A stretch of DNA of 64,000 bases from the NCBI GenBank assembly GCA_963822965.1, contig CAWGJT010000005.1:384001-448000 (forward strand), in the 5' to 3' direction. The notes beneath the pieces are model-generated. The model was not told the DNA's origin, ran no database searches, and saw nothing but the letters and a program-made list of their open reading frames with translations. The position numbers were made by a program, and so were the translations under genes. This document shows, piece by piece, positions 55,100 to 64,000 of the stretch; the first letter of the stretch is position 1, and each line of letters starts with the position of its first letter. The stretch is from an uncultured delta proteobacterium. GTDB lineage: Bacteria; Myxococcota_A; UBA9160; UBA4427.

Positions 55100-56722
55100 G
55101 TGCCCAGCGCCGATCCCCAGGGTGTCGACCGGTTCGATGCCATCGTCATCGGTGCCGGTATCGCCGGGATGTACCAGCTCGTCCGGCTGCGGGAGCTGGG
55201 CCTGTCGGTGCGGGTGTACGAGACCGGAACCGGCGTCGGCGGAACCTGGTACTGGAACCGCTATCCCGGCGCACGCTTCGACTCCGAGAGCTACAGCTAC
55301 GGGTACTCGTTCTCGAAGGAGCTCCTCCAGGAGTGGAGCTGGAGCGAGCACTTCGCCCCCCAGCCCGAGACCCTGCGCTACCTGGAGCACGTCGCCGACA
55401 AGTTCGACCTGCGGAGAGACATCTCCTTCGAGAGCCGCGTGAGCCGGGCCACCTTCGACGAGGGCGAGGGAGCCTGGGAGATCGAGACCGACGACGGTCG
55501 CCGGGCGCGGGCACGCTTCCTGATCACCGCGGTGGGCCCGCTCTCGGCACCGACCCTGCCGGTCTTCGAGGGCATGGACCGGTTCGAGGGCGAGTCCCAC
55601 CACACCGCCCGCTGGCCCCACACCCCCGTCGACTTCACGGGCAAGCGGGTGGGCGTGATCGGCACCGGGGCGACGGGCGTCCAGGTGATCCAGGAGATCG
55701 CCAAGACCGCCGGCCACCTCACGGTCTTCCAGCGCAGCCCCAACTACTGCGCGCCGCTCGGCAACCGTCCCATCGACGAGGCCACCCAGCGCGAGATCAA
55801 GGCGAGCTACGACGAGATCTTCCGGAAGTGCAGCGAGACCCACGGCGCGTTCCTGCACGGCTCCGACCCCCGATCCGTCTTCGAGGTCTCTCCCGCCGAG
55901 CGCGAAGCCTTCTGGGAAAGGCTCTACCACGAGCCGGGCTTCGGCATGTGGCTGGGCAACTTCCGGGACATCCTGATCGACCCCAGGGCCAACGAGCTCG
56001 TCACCGAGTTCGTGCGCCGGAAGATCCGGGAGCGCGTGAAGGACCCGGAGACGGCGGAGATGCTCGTCCCCAAGGACCACGGCTTCGGCACGCGGCGGGT
56101 GCCCATGGAGACCGGCTACTACGAGGTCTACAACCAGGACAACGTCCGCCTGGTGGACATCCGGAGCTCACCGATCCAGCGGATCATGCCCACCGGGCTC
56201 GAGACCGCCGACGCGGCCTACGAGCTGGACATCCTCGTCTACGCCACCGGCTTCGACGCGGTGACGGGCTCCTTCGATCGGATCGACATCCGCGGGGCGG
56301 GCGGACGCGCGCTGCGGGACAAGTGGGCGGACGGTCCGCGCACCTACCTCGGCCTGCAGGTGGCGGGCTTCCCCAACCTCCTCACCCTGGTAGGGCCCCA
56401 CAACGCGGCCACCTTCTGCAACATCCCCCGCTGCATCGAGCAGAACGTGGACTGGGTGACGGCCCTGATCCGCCACATGCGCGAGCGGGGCTACGAGCGG
56501 GTCGAAGCCACCGAGGCCGCCGAGGACGAGTGGACCCGGCACGTCTACGAGATCGCGGCGATGACGCTCCTCTCGAAGACGGCTTCCTGGTTCACCGGCG
56601 TGAACCAGAACCTGCCCGAGAAGAATCGGACCTTCTACGCGTACGCGGGCGGATCGCCCGCCTACGGCGCGCGCTGTGACGAGGTGGCCGCCGACGGCTA
56701 CCGGGGCTTCGTGCTGCACTAG
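55100..56722 (+). CDS. Type I Baeyer-Villiger monooxygenase
   Basis: GAGIAG, GGTWYWNRYPG, fingerprint FEGESHHTARWP, GTGATG, ATGF; AGGAGG before the GTG. Confidence 0.92.
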   Translation: MPSADPQGVDRFDAIVIGAGIAGMYQLVRLRELGLSVRVYETGTGVGGTWYWNRYPGARFDSESYSYGYSFSKELLQEWSWSEHFAPQPETLRYLEHVADKFDLRRDISFESRVSRATFDEGEGAWEIETDDGRRARARFLITAVGPLSAPTLPVFEGMDRFEGESHHTARWPHTPVDFTGKRVGVIGTGATGVQVIQEIAKTAGHLTVFQRSPNYCAPLGNRPIDEATQREIKASYDEIFRKCSETHGAFLHGSDPRSVFEVSPAEREAFWERLYHEPGFGMWLGNFRDILIDPRANELVTEFVRRKIRERVKDPETAEMLVPKDHGFGTRRVPMETGYYEVYNQDNVRLVDIRSSPIQRIMPTGLETADAAYELDILVYATGFDAVTGSFDRIDIRGAGGRALRDKWADGPRTYLGLQVAGFPNLLTLVGPHNAATFCNIPRCIEQNVDWVTALIRHMRERGYERVEATEAAEDEWTRHVYEIAAMTLLSKTASWFTGVNQNLPEKNRTFYAYAGGSPAYGARCDEVAADGYRGFVLH

Positions 56723-56887
56723 AGGCCCGGCCGAAAAGTGCGACCTGCATTCGAGCGCCCCTGCGACGCCCTGCCTGCGTTGCGCTCCCATCCCCGTAGC
56801 TTCGGCTACGCCTCGGTCGCGCGCCCTGCCAGGACGCCGCAGATGACGCTCTCGGTGCCGCGGTACACTTTCCGGCCGGGCCTCTAG
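56719..56887. mobile_element. MITE-like element family A, copy 2 (inverted relative to copy 1)
   Basis: Same TIRs and length as 12608-12776; the left CTAG contains the BVMO TAG stop. Confidence 0.85.
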
Positions 56888-57063
56888 CCCGGATTGTTCA
56901 TGAGCGCTCTGCTGCGGACGCCAATGGCGCCGCATCTTCGGGACCTTCTCTCTGCGTCGATCCTCGACGTGCTGATAGCACGCCTCCGGTCGACTCCGGT
57001 CCGAGGGCCCCGAATCTGCAGCACTCTTGGCGCCCTCGCGACGAGCTTCATGAATAATACGGG
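56888..57063. mobile_element. MITE-like element family C abutting family A copy 2
   Basis: Imperfect TIR CCCGGATTGTTCATGA / TCATGAATAATACGGG (14/16), flanked by CTAG and CTGG. Confidence 0.65.
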
Positions 57064-57086
57064 CTGGCCGTGGGTGGCAGCGGCGA

Positions 57087-57848
57087 TCAGAGCGCACCCA
57101 GCCGCTCGCGCAGAGCGGCCAGCTCGGGGCGGAGCCAGCTCGCCGCCAGCGCGAAGCCGGGCGGCAGCAGGCACAGCACGAGGAAGACGCCCGCCACCGC
57201 CTCGAGCGGCACGCCGAAGAACTCGTCGGCCAGCCGCGAGAAGTCCATCCAGTGGCCGCCGCCCTTGGCCGCGGCGTACATCTCGCGCTGGAAGGAGCTC
57301 GTCACGAGCCCGAACGCGAAGCGGAGACCGTGGAACACGACGTGGAATCCGACCCACGCGTACAGCACCCGCTCGGCGGCGTGGTGGCAGGCCCGGCCGC
57401 TGAGCGCGCGGTGGAGGAAGAGGCCGGCGAAGAAGAGCTCGGCGCCGTGGCCCATGGCGATCATCACGACCTCGTGGCCGGCCGTGAACACGAGGACGCT
57501 GTAAAGGGCGATCGTCGCGACGACCCCGCCGAGGCTCAGGGGATTCCTGCGGAACACCCAGGCGCAGGCCACGAGCAGCGCGTAGACGCCGACCACGATC
57601 GCGGGAACCTGCTTCTGGTGCAACGTGACGCCGCCGCCGTAGCTGAAGTCGAAGGCGGGAATCGAGGGAACCCCGAAGAGCCAGCCCGCGAGCGCGTGAC
57701 CGAGCTCGTGCACGAGCACCACGAAGTAGCCGACCAGAACGCGCAGGAAGGGCAACGCCTCCGTGAGGAGCGCCAGCCCCATGCCCGAGCCGAAGGCCAC
57801 CCAGCCCGCGCGTTCGACGCCGCGCCGGACGGGCTCGTCGTCCTCCAT
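57087..57848 (-). CDS. M50-like membrane metallopeptidase (start uncertain)
   Basis: HELGH in a TM context, several TM helices, distal D in GHWMDF. Confidence 0.65.
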   Translation of the reverse strand: MEDDEPVRRGVERAGWVAFGSGMGLALLTEALPFLRVLVGYFVVLVHELGHALAGWLFGVPSIPAFDFSYGGGVTLHQKQVPAIVVGVYALLVACAWVFRRNPLSLGGVVATIALYSVLVFTAGHEVVMIAMGHGAELFFAGLFLHRALSGRACHHAAERVLYAWVGFHVVFHGLRFAFGLVTSSFQREMYAAAKGGGHWMDFSRLADEFFGVPLEAVAGVFLVLCLLPPGFALAASWLRPELAALRERLGAL

Positions 57849-58051
57849 CGCGAAGACGGGGACGCGTTCTGCGGACTGCTCCAGATGCAAGGTCCCGACC
57901 GCTCCTCTCCGGGAAGCATCGGCAGGACGGGAGCCCGGTTTGAGCGGGCGGCACGCGCCGGGGGACCGCACCGGGAGGGGCGGCGCCGGCAGAGGCCCCC
58001 GGAGCCCCGTCGGGCGGCGTCAGCCCGTCGCCGAGCCGGCACGCCCGACGG

Positions 58052-58099
58052 CTCGTTCGGTGACTCGTTCGGTGACTCGTTCGGTGACTCATTCGGTGA
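58052..58099 (-). repeat. 12-bp tandem repeat x4 anchored on the stop of the isocitrate lyase-like gene
   Basis: Minus strand TCACCGAATGAG followed by TCACCGAACGAG x3. Confidence 0.88.
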
Positions 58100-58979
58100 A
58101 GAGCGCATTGAGCTCGGCGAAGGGTGCGCTGCTCGACGCGAACGAGAAGGTGCCTTCCCGGCGGATCTCCAGGGCGGCGCGTCGCAGCGCACCGATCGCG
58201 GCGCGGGCGAGGCTCGACCCGAGGCTCACGCGCGAGACGCCGAGGGCGGAGAGCTCGGCGAGCGATCCCTCGAAGCCGACCAGCCCCATCAGCACGTTGA
58301 CCGGCCGGTCGACGGACGCCAGCAGCGAAGCGATGTCCGCTCGAGTCGCGAGGCCCGGGGCATAGAGGACGTCGGCGCCCGCCTCCTGGAACGCCTGGAG
58401 CCGCTGCACGACGTCGGCGAGGTCGCCCTGCCCGTACAGCAACCCGTCGGCGCGTGCGGTCAGGACGAACGGGAGCCCGAGCGCCCGCTTCGACTCGACG
58501 GCCGCGCGGACGCGATCGACGGCGGCGGCGAGGTCGGCGATGGGACGGTCCGGGGAGCCCGTCGTGTCTTCGATCGAGGCGCCGGCGAGCCCCGCTTCGG
58601 CGGCCCGACGAATGGCGTCGGAGACGTCCTCGGGCCTCGGCCCAAAGCCGTTCTCGAGATCGCCGCTCACCGGCAGGGTCGTCGCATCCGCGATCGCCCG
58701 AGCGTTGGCGAGGGTCTCCTCCGCGCCGACGGCGCCGCGACCGTCGGGTCGCGCGAGCGAGAAGGCGAGGCCCGCGCTCGTCGTCCCGATGGCCTCGAAG
58801 CCGAGCGACTCGAGGAGCACCGCCGAGCCGCGGTCCCAGGCGTTCGCCATCACGAAGCAGCCCGTCCGCTCGTGCAGCGCGCGGAATCGCGCCGCCCTCT
58901 CGTGGCGAGCCGCCCGGTCCGAGGCGCGCTCGTCGCCCGGTGCGGCGGCTCCCCGGGTCGACGCTTCCTGCGCGCCCAT
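58089..58979 (-). CDS. Isocitrate lyase/PEP mutase family protein
   Basis: FRALH, NAWDRGSA, GTTSAG, DLENGFG, SIED, LTARAD, AGADVLYAPG. Confidence 0.9.
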   Translation of the reverse strand: MGAQEASTRGAAAPGDERASDRAARHERAARFRALHERTGCFVMANAWDRGSAVLLESLGFEAIGTTSAGLAFSLARPDGRGAVGAEETLANARAIADATTLPVSGDLENGFGPRPEDVSDAIRRAAEAGLAGASIEDTTGSPDRPIADLAAAVDRVRAAVESKRALGLPFVLTARADGLLYGQGDLADVVQRLQAFQEAGADVLYAPGLATRADIASLLASVDRPVNVLMGLVGFEGSLAELSALGVSRVSLGSSLARAAIGALRRAALEIRREGTFSFASSSAPFAELNALFTE

Positions 58980-59309
58980 TCACTTCCCCTCGCAGGACGC
59001 ATCGGAGGACACGCCGCGCAGGAAGCTTCGCTCCTCCCGGAGGATGAGCCGGTGCTGCTCGGCGAACGCGAAGTTCGCGCGCCCGTCGTCGTCCTCGCGC
59101 AGGCGCGCCCGGTAGGCCTCGTAGGCGGCGAGACTCTCGAACGAGACCACCCCGTAGGCCACGTCGTTCGTGCCTTCGCAGGGCATGAAGTAGCCGAGCA
59201 GATCGCCCCCGCAGCGGGGGATGATGCGCGCCCAGCGGCGCGCGTACGCCTCGAACTCGGCCTTCTGGAACGGATCGATCTGGTAACGGATGAAGCAGGT
59301 CACGCCCAT
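58980..59309 (-). CDS. NIPSNAP family protein
   Basis: [40 protein letters not shown]. Confidence 0.88.
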   Translation of the reverse strand: MGVTCFIRYQIDPFQKAEFEAYARRWARIIPRCGGDLLGYFMPCEGTNDVAYGVVSFESLAAYEAYRARLREDDDGRANFAFAEQHRLILREERSFLRGVSSDASCEGK

Positions 59310-59396
59310 GGCGGTCTCCGGCTGCGTTCGATGCAGCGATCGTGACGAGCCACGCTAGCCGTGGTCGAGCGCTCACACTTCGTCTAGCGTCGAAGT

Positions 59397-60107
59397 GTGG
59401 GCGGCCCTCCGGACATCGCCTCGATCGCCTCGCTGGTGGGCCATGCCGCCCGAGCGCGCATCCTGCTCGCCCTGATGGGCGGGCGGGCGCTGACCGCCAC
59501 CGAGCTCGCCCTCGAGGCCGACGTCACCCCGCAGACGGCCAGCGCCCACCTCGCCAAGCTCGAGTCCGCGCGGCTGATCCGCGTCCAGCGTCAGGGCCGC
59601 CATCGCTACTTCGCGCTCGCCGATCGCACGGTCGCCCAGCTGATCGAGAAGCTCTGCGGCGTCGCCGCGCGCGACACCTCGTCGAAGCTGCGCACGGGTC
59701 CCCGCGATCCCGCGCTGCGCGAGGCGCGCGTCTGCTACGACCATCTCGCGGGCGAGCGCGCCGTCCAGCTCTACGACGCCCTGCTCGCGCGGGGCCGGCT
59801 CGCCCTCGACGGTCGCCACGGCGACGGACTGCGCGTGACCCCGGCGGGCGAGCGCTTCTTCGAGGGCCTCGGCGTCGACATGGACGCGCTGGCGCGCGCC
59901 CGCCGCCCCACCTGCCGCCCCTGCCTGGACTGGAGCGTGCGCCGCCACCACCTGGCCGGTGGGCTCGGCGCCGCCCTGCTCGAGACGATCTTCGCGCGTC
60001 GCTGGGCGCGGCGGCACCCGGCCTCGCGGGCGGTCGTCTTCCCGGCCGGCGGGCGCGAGAAGCTCGAGCGCGCGTTCGAGCTGCGCGCCCTTCCCAAGGC
60101 GAGTTGA
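59397..60107 (+). CDS. ArsR-family transcriptional regulator
   Basis: ARARILLALM, TASAHLAKL, QGRHRYF, ARVCYDHLAG, CLDWSVRR; divergent from NIPSNAP. Confidence 0.9.
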   Translation: MGGPPDIASIASLVGHAARARILLALMGGRALTATELALEADVTPQTASAHLAKLESARLIRVQRQGRHRYFALADRTVAQLIEKLCGVAARDTSSKLRTGPRDPALREARVCYDHLAGERAVQLYDALLARGRLALDGRHGDGLRVTPAGERFFEGLGVDMDALARARRPTCRPCLDWSVRRHHLAGGLGAALLETIFARRWARRHPASRAVVFPAGGREKLERAFELRALPKAS

Positions 60108-60144
60108 CGCCCAAGGCGAGTTGACGGCCGAAGGCGAGCTGACG
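60093..60144 (+). repeat. 17-bp tandem repeat x3 anchored on the ArsR stop
   Basis: CCCAAGGCGAGTTGACG x2 plus degenerate GCCGAAGGCGAGCTGACG. Confidence 0.85.
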
Positions 60145-60209
60145 GCGGGACGCCTTCGCGCAGCTTCCAGTAGTCGAGGTGCCGGCCCCGGAAGAGGCCG
60201 TCGCCCCCG

Positions 60210-60572
60210 CTACTCGCTGACCCAGCGCTTGGCTTCGGCGAGCTCGCCGTCGTGGAACACGCGAACGTGCCCGGGAATCGCGAGCCCGAAGAGCCGGACG
60301 GTCGTGCGGATCCACTCGACGTCGGAGACCAGGGCCATTCGCTCCCAGCCCGTGATGTGCTTGAGGCCCAGCTTCGCGTCGTCCCAGGCGGCGCCCGCCT
60401 CGACCCCCGCGAAGTCGTCGCCGAGGTGATAGAGGAAGCGGATCTTGCCGTGGCGCGCGAGCAGCGCCTCCACGGCGGGGACGATGACGGACTCGTAGTC
60501 GTTCGCGGTCAGGGTTCCCTTGGCCCTGAAGCCGAGGACGTTCTCGGGGAGATCGGGGATTCGCTCGACCAT
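60210..60572 (-). CDS. STAS/SEC14 (SpoIIAA-like) protein
   Basis: NVLGFRAKGTLT..DY, AAWDD, ERMALVSD..W, EAKRWV. Confidence 0.85.
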   Translation of the reverse strand: MVERIPDLPENVLGFRAKGTLTANDYESVIVPAVEALLARHGKIRFLYHLGDDFAGVEAGAAWDDAKLGLKHITGWERMALVSDVEWIRTTVRLFGLAIPGHVRVFHDGELAEAKRWVSE

Positions 60573-60755
60573 GTCTCGATTCCTGCCGGGGGGGGTTCTC
60601 TTTGAGGCGAGGCCGTGTCGGCCGCGACGCCGCCAGATGGCAGGAACGTACCATGGATCTCCGGACGAACGAAAGCCGGCGACCTCCGCTTCGGGGAGAT
60701 GCGCCGGCTTCGTCGCCTGGCATCGTCCGGCGCGAGGCCGGATCGACGGTGGGGG

Positions 60756-60959
60756 TCAGGCGGCGTACTTCCGCTTCGCCTGGATCTTCCCGTTCCTTCC
60801 CTTGATCTTGAGCATGCCGCCGGCCCGCTTGGCGAGCGAGCGAGCCTTGCGCACGGCGACGTCCTTCTTCCGGTGCGTGCTCTCGGGGCTCTTCTTGCCC
60901 TCGCGCTGGACCATCCAACCATCCGGTGAGCTACGAACGACGAAGGAATTCTTCGGCAT
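60756..60959 (-). CDS. DUF2188-like small basic protein
   Basis: VV...DGW.V..EG....S.H..K..AV..AR..A....L.I....G.I pattern; GGAGG RBS. Confidence 0.8.
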   Translation of the reverse strand: MPKNSFVVRSSPDGWMVQREGKKSPESTHRKKDVAVRKARSLAKRAGGMLKIKGRNGKIQAKRKYAA

Positions 60960-61163
60960 GGTGTTGCCTCCTTTTTTCGGCTCCCATCGTCCGCAGATCG
61001 CACGGCGGAGCCGTCGAATGCATCGACCCGACGAGAGGGCCGCTTGAGGGGGAGCACGTCACCGAGCCGTGTTGCCGGACCTCTGCCGGCGCGCTCTGCG
61101 GCAACTCGGGCGCAGCATGCGCGGCGAAGGCTCCCGTTCCCGGGGCGTCCGACGCGGGACATC

Positions 61164-62486
61164 CTACACAGACGACTGAGGCAACACCTGGTAGACCCGG
61201 ACCGGAAAGTGGAGGCCCTTGACCTCGATCTCGCCGCACGCTTCGCAGGGAACCTGATCTTGAACGAGTGCCCAGGTGGAATGGCTCATCAGCACTCGAC
61301 CCGGCTCACATTCCGCCTGAATGCGAGCGGTCAGGTTCGTCTGGGTGCCGATCGCCGAATAGGTGGTGCGACCCTCGGACCCGAAGTCCCCCACGCTCGC
61401 AACCCCCGTATTGACTCCGATTCGGATGTGGAAGGGGGTCTGGATGCCTCGCGCGTACCACTGCTCGCGCAGCTCCGCCATCCGGTGTTGCATCGCAATC
61501 GCCATGCGCACGGCGCGCAGCGCGTGATCCCGGTCGCTCGTCGACTCCGGAGCGCCGAAGAAGATCATGATTCCGTCACCGACGAACTGATTGACGGTGG
61601 CGCCGGCGGAGTCCGCGATCGCGGCCATCTCGGCGAGGTACTCGTTGAGCAGGTCCGACAGCTCCTCGGGCTCCATGCGGTCGGAGGCCTGGGTGAACTC
61701 CACGACATCCGAGAAGAAGAGGGTGAGCTTGCGCCGTTCGGGTCGCCTGTCGCCGGTATGCTCGCCCGCCAGGATCCTCTCCGCGAGCTGCGTCGGCACA
61801 TAGCGCCGGATCAGCGCCGTGCTCCGCTGCAGCCGTTCGGTCGTCGACTGCAGCTTCTTCCGCTGGGTCTCTCGTGCGGACTGTGCGAGCTGGAGCAGCA
61901 CGAACACGAAGCAGGAGACCATCAGGATGAGAGTGGCCTGCAGGGAGACCCAGGCGGGGCTCAAGAGGTCGTCGATTCTCCTCGCGGTCACCGCCGGCGC
62001 ATACGCGATCGCACCCGAGATCTCTCCGGCGAGCAAGGCGGCTGTCAGCGCCACACAGAGCAGGAGGCCGACGAGCCCGGCTCGTGCGTCGACGAAGAGG
62101 GTCACGAGCAGGACGACGACGGGACCGAAGAACGCGAACGGGCTGCTCATGGTTCCCAGCAGCTGCGCATATCGGCAGACGAACCCCCCGTAGACCACGA
62201 TGACGAGGTAGATCGTCCATCTCGCTTCCCGGCCGCGACGGGCGAACGGCAGCGCCACGAGCGCGAGGAGAACGATGGCCACGAGCCACCTCCCCAGGTG
62301 CGCCTCGATCTGCGCGACGTCGAGTGCGCTGCTCAGGTCCTCGCGGTAGAGCCGAACGAGACCGTAGGCAACGAAGTGGAATGGAATGGCGAAGCCCATC
62401 AGCGCCGCGGCCTTCTTGCTCGTCGGCCAGCTCACGATGTCGACGTATCGATCGACGAATCGTTGATATGCCGAGTGGGGCTGCAT
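61164..62486 (-). CDS. Membrane-bound class III adenylate/guanylate cyclase
   Basis: About six TM helices, [36 protein letters not shown]. Confidence 0.9.
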   Translation of the reverse strand: MQPHSAYQRFVDRYVDIVSWPTSKKAAALMGFAIPFHFVAYGLVRLYREDLSSALDVAQIEAHLGRWLVAIVLLALVALPFARRGREARWTIYLVIVVYGGFVCRYAQLLGTMSSPFAFFGPVVVLLVTLFVDARAGLVGLLLCVALTAALLAGEISGAIAYAPAVTARRIDDLLSPAWVSLQATLILMVSCFVFVLLQLAQSARETQRKKLQSTTERLQRSTALIRRYVPTQLAERILAGEHTGDRRPERRKLTLFFSDVVEFTQASDRMEPEELSDLLNEYLAEMAAIADSAGATVNQFVGDGIMIFFGAPESTSDRDHALRAVRMAIAMQHRMAELREQWYARGIQTPFHIRIGVNTGVASVGDFGSEGRTTYSAIGTQTNLTARIQAECEPGRVLMSHSTWALVQDQVPCEACGEIEVKGLHFPVRVYQVLPQSSV

Positions 62487-62732
62487 GGCGTCCACGCGGG
62501 GCCTCTTGGGTCGTGGAGCTCCGATGCGGCTGTACTCGACTCGGGATGACTCGTCCGGGTCCGCGCCGCCGGTCCATCTCGCGGACCTCGCGACTGCCAT
62601 CGAATCACTCGACGTAGCGATCGCCTTCGAGGGCCAGCATACGGTTTGCGAGGCGATCCAGGAACGAGCGGGCGAGCGGGAGGACGCCTTCCGTAGCGCT
62701 GGCGGGCAGTTGCAGGCTCGGCGGGATGGCCC

Positions 62733-64000
<1,268 letters not shown>

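Noticed and set aside
52895..55100. tRNA, tRNA-like or Y RNA gene associated with rtcB
   Set aside because: No cloverleaf or T-loop signature seen in the flanking spacers.

Overview
A very GC-rich bacterial chromosomal window. A Gram-negative, Myxococcota-like origin is inferred from the gene content (ACIII, DUF1302/DUF1329, F420-type LLM), not established. Many genes carry single-base frameshifts that look like long-read assembly errors, so gene limits were reconstructed across frames. From left to right it holds: an alternative complex III operon (actABCDEF, minus strand); two acyl-CoA dehydrogenases; a Trm112-like gene; a PAC2 gene with a two-component pair; a DUF1329 protein and two giant DUF1302-type outer-membrane paralogs; a nucleoside phosphorylase, an FG-GAP lipoprotein, hisS, speA, xth and metF; an ADP-forming acyl-CoA ligase; an AGCS symporter; a pentaheme/monoheme cytochrome plus quinohemoprotein dehydrogenase cluster; an LLM oxidoreductase, dapL, YfhO-like and DUF6351-like genes; a class II ribonucleotide reductase; the rtcB operon; a BVMO; a small accessory block; and partial ettA. 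The most notable feature is a sigma54-promoter-led operon, rtcB-archease-CBS/DksA fusion-HPF/cold-shock fusion-archaeal-type SAM synthetase-AmmeMemoRadiSam enzyme. It converges on nrdJ and resembles a compact RNA-repair/dormancy module that shares gene families with the mycobacterial DosR regulon. Also notable are four ~160-175 bp MITE-like elements of three TIR types sharing a covarying internal hairpin core, recurrent tandem repeats anchored on stop codons, and a duplicated-start leader peptide.
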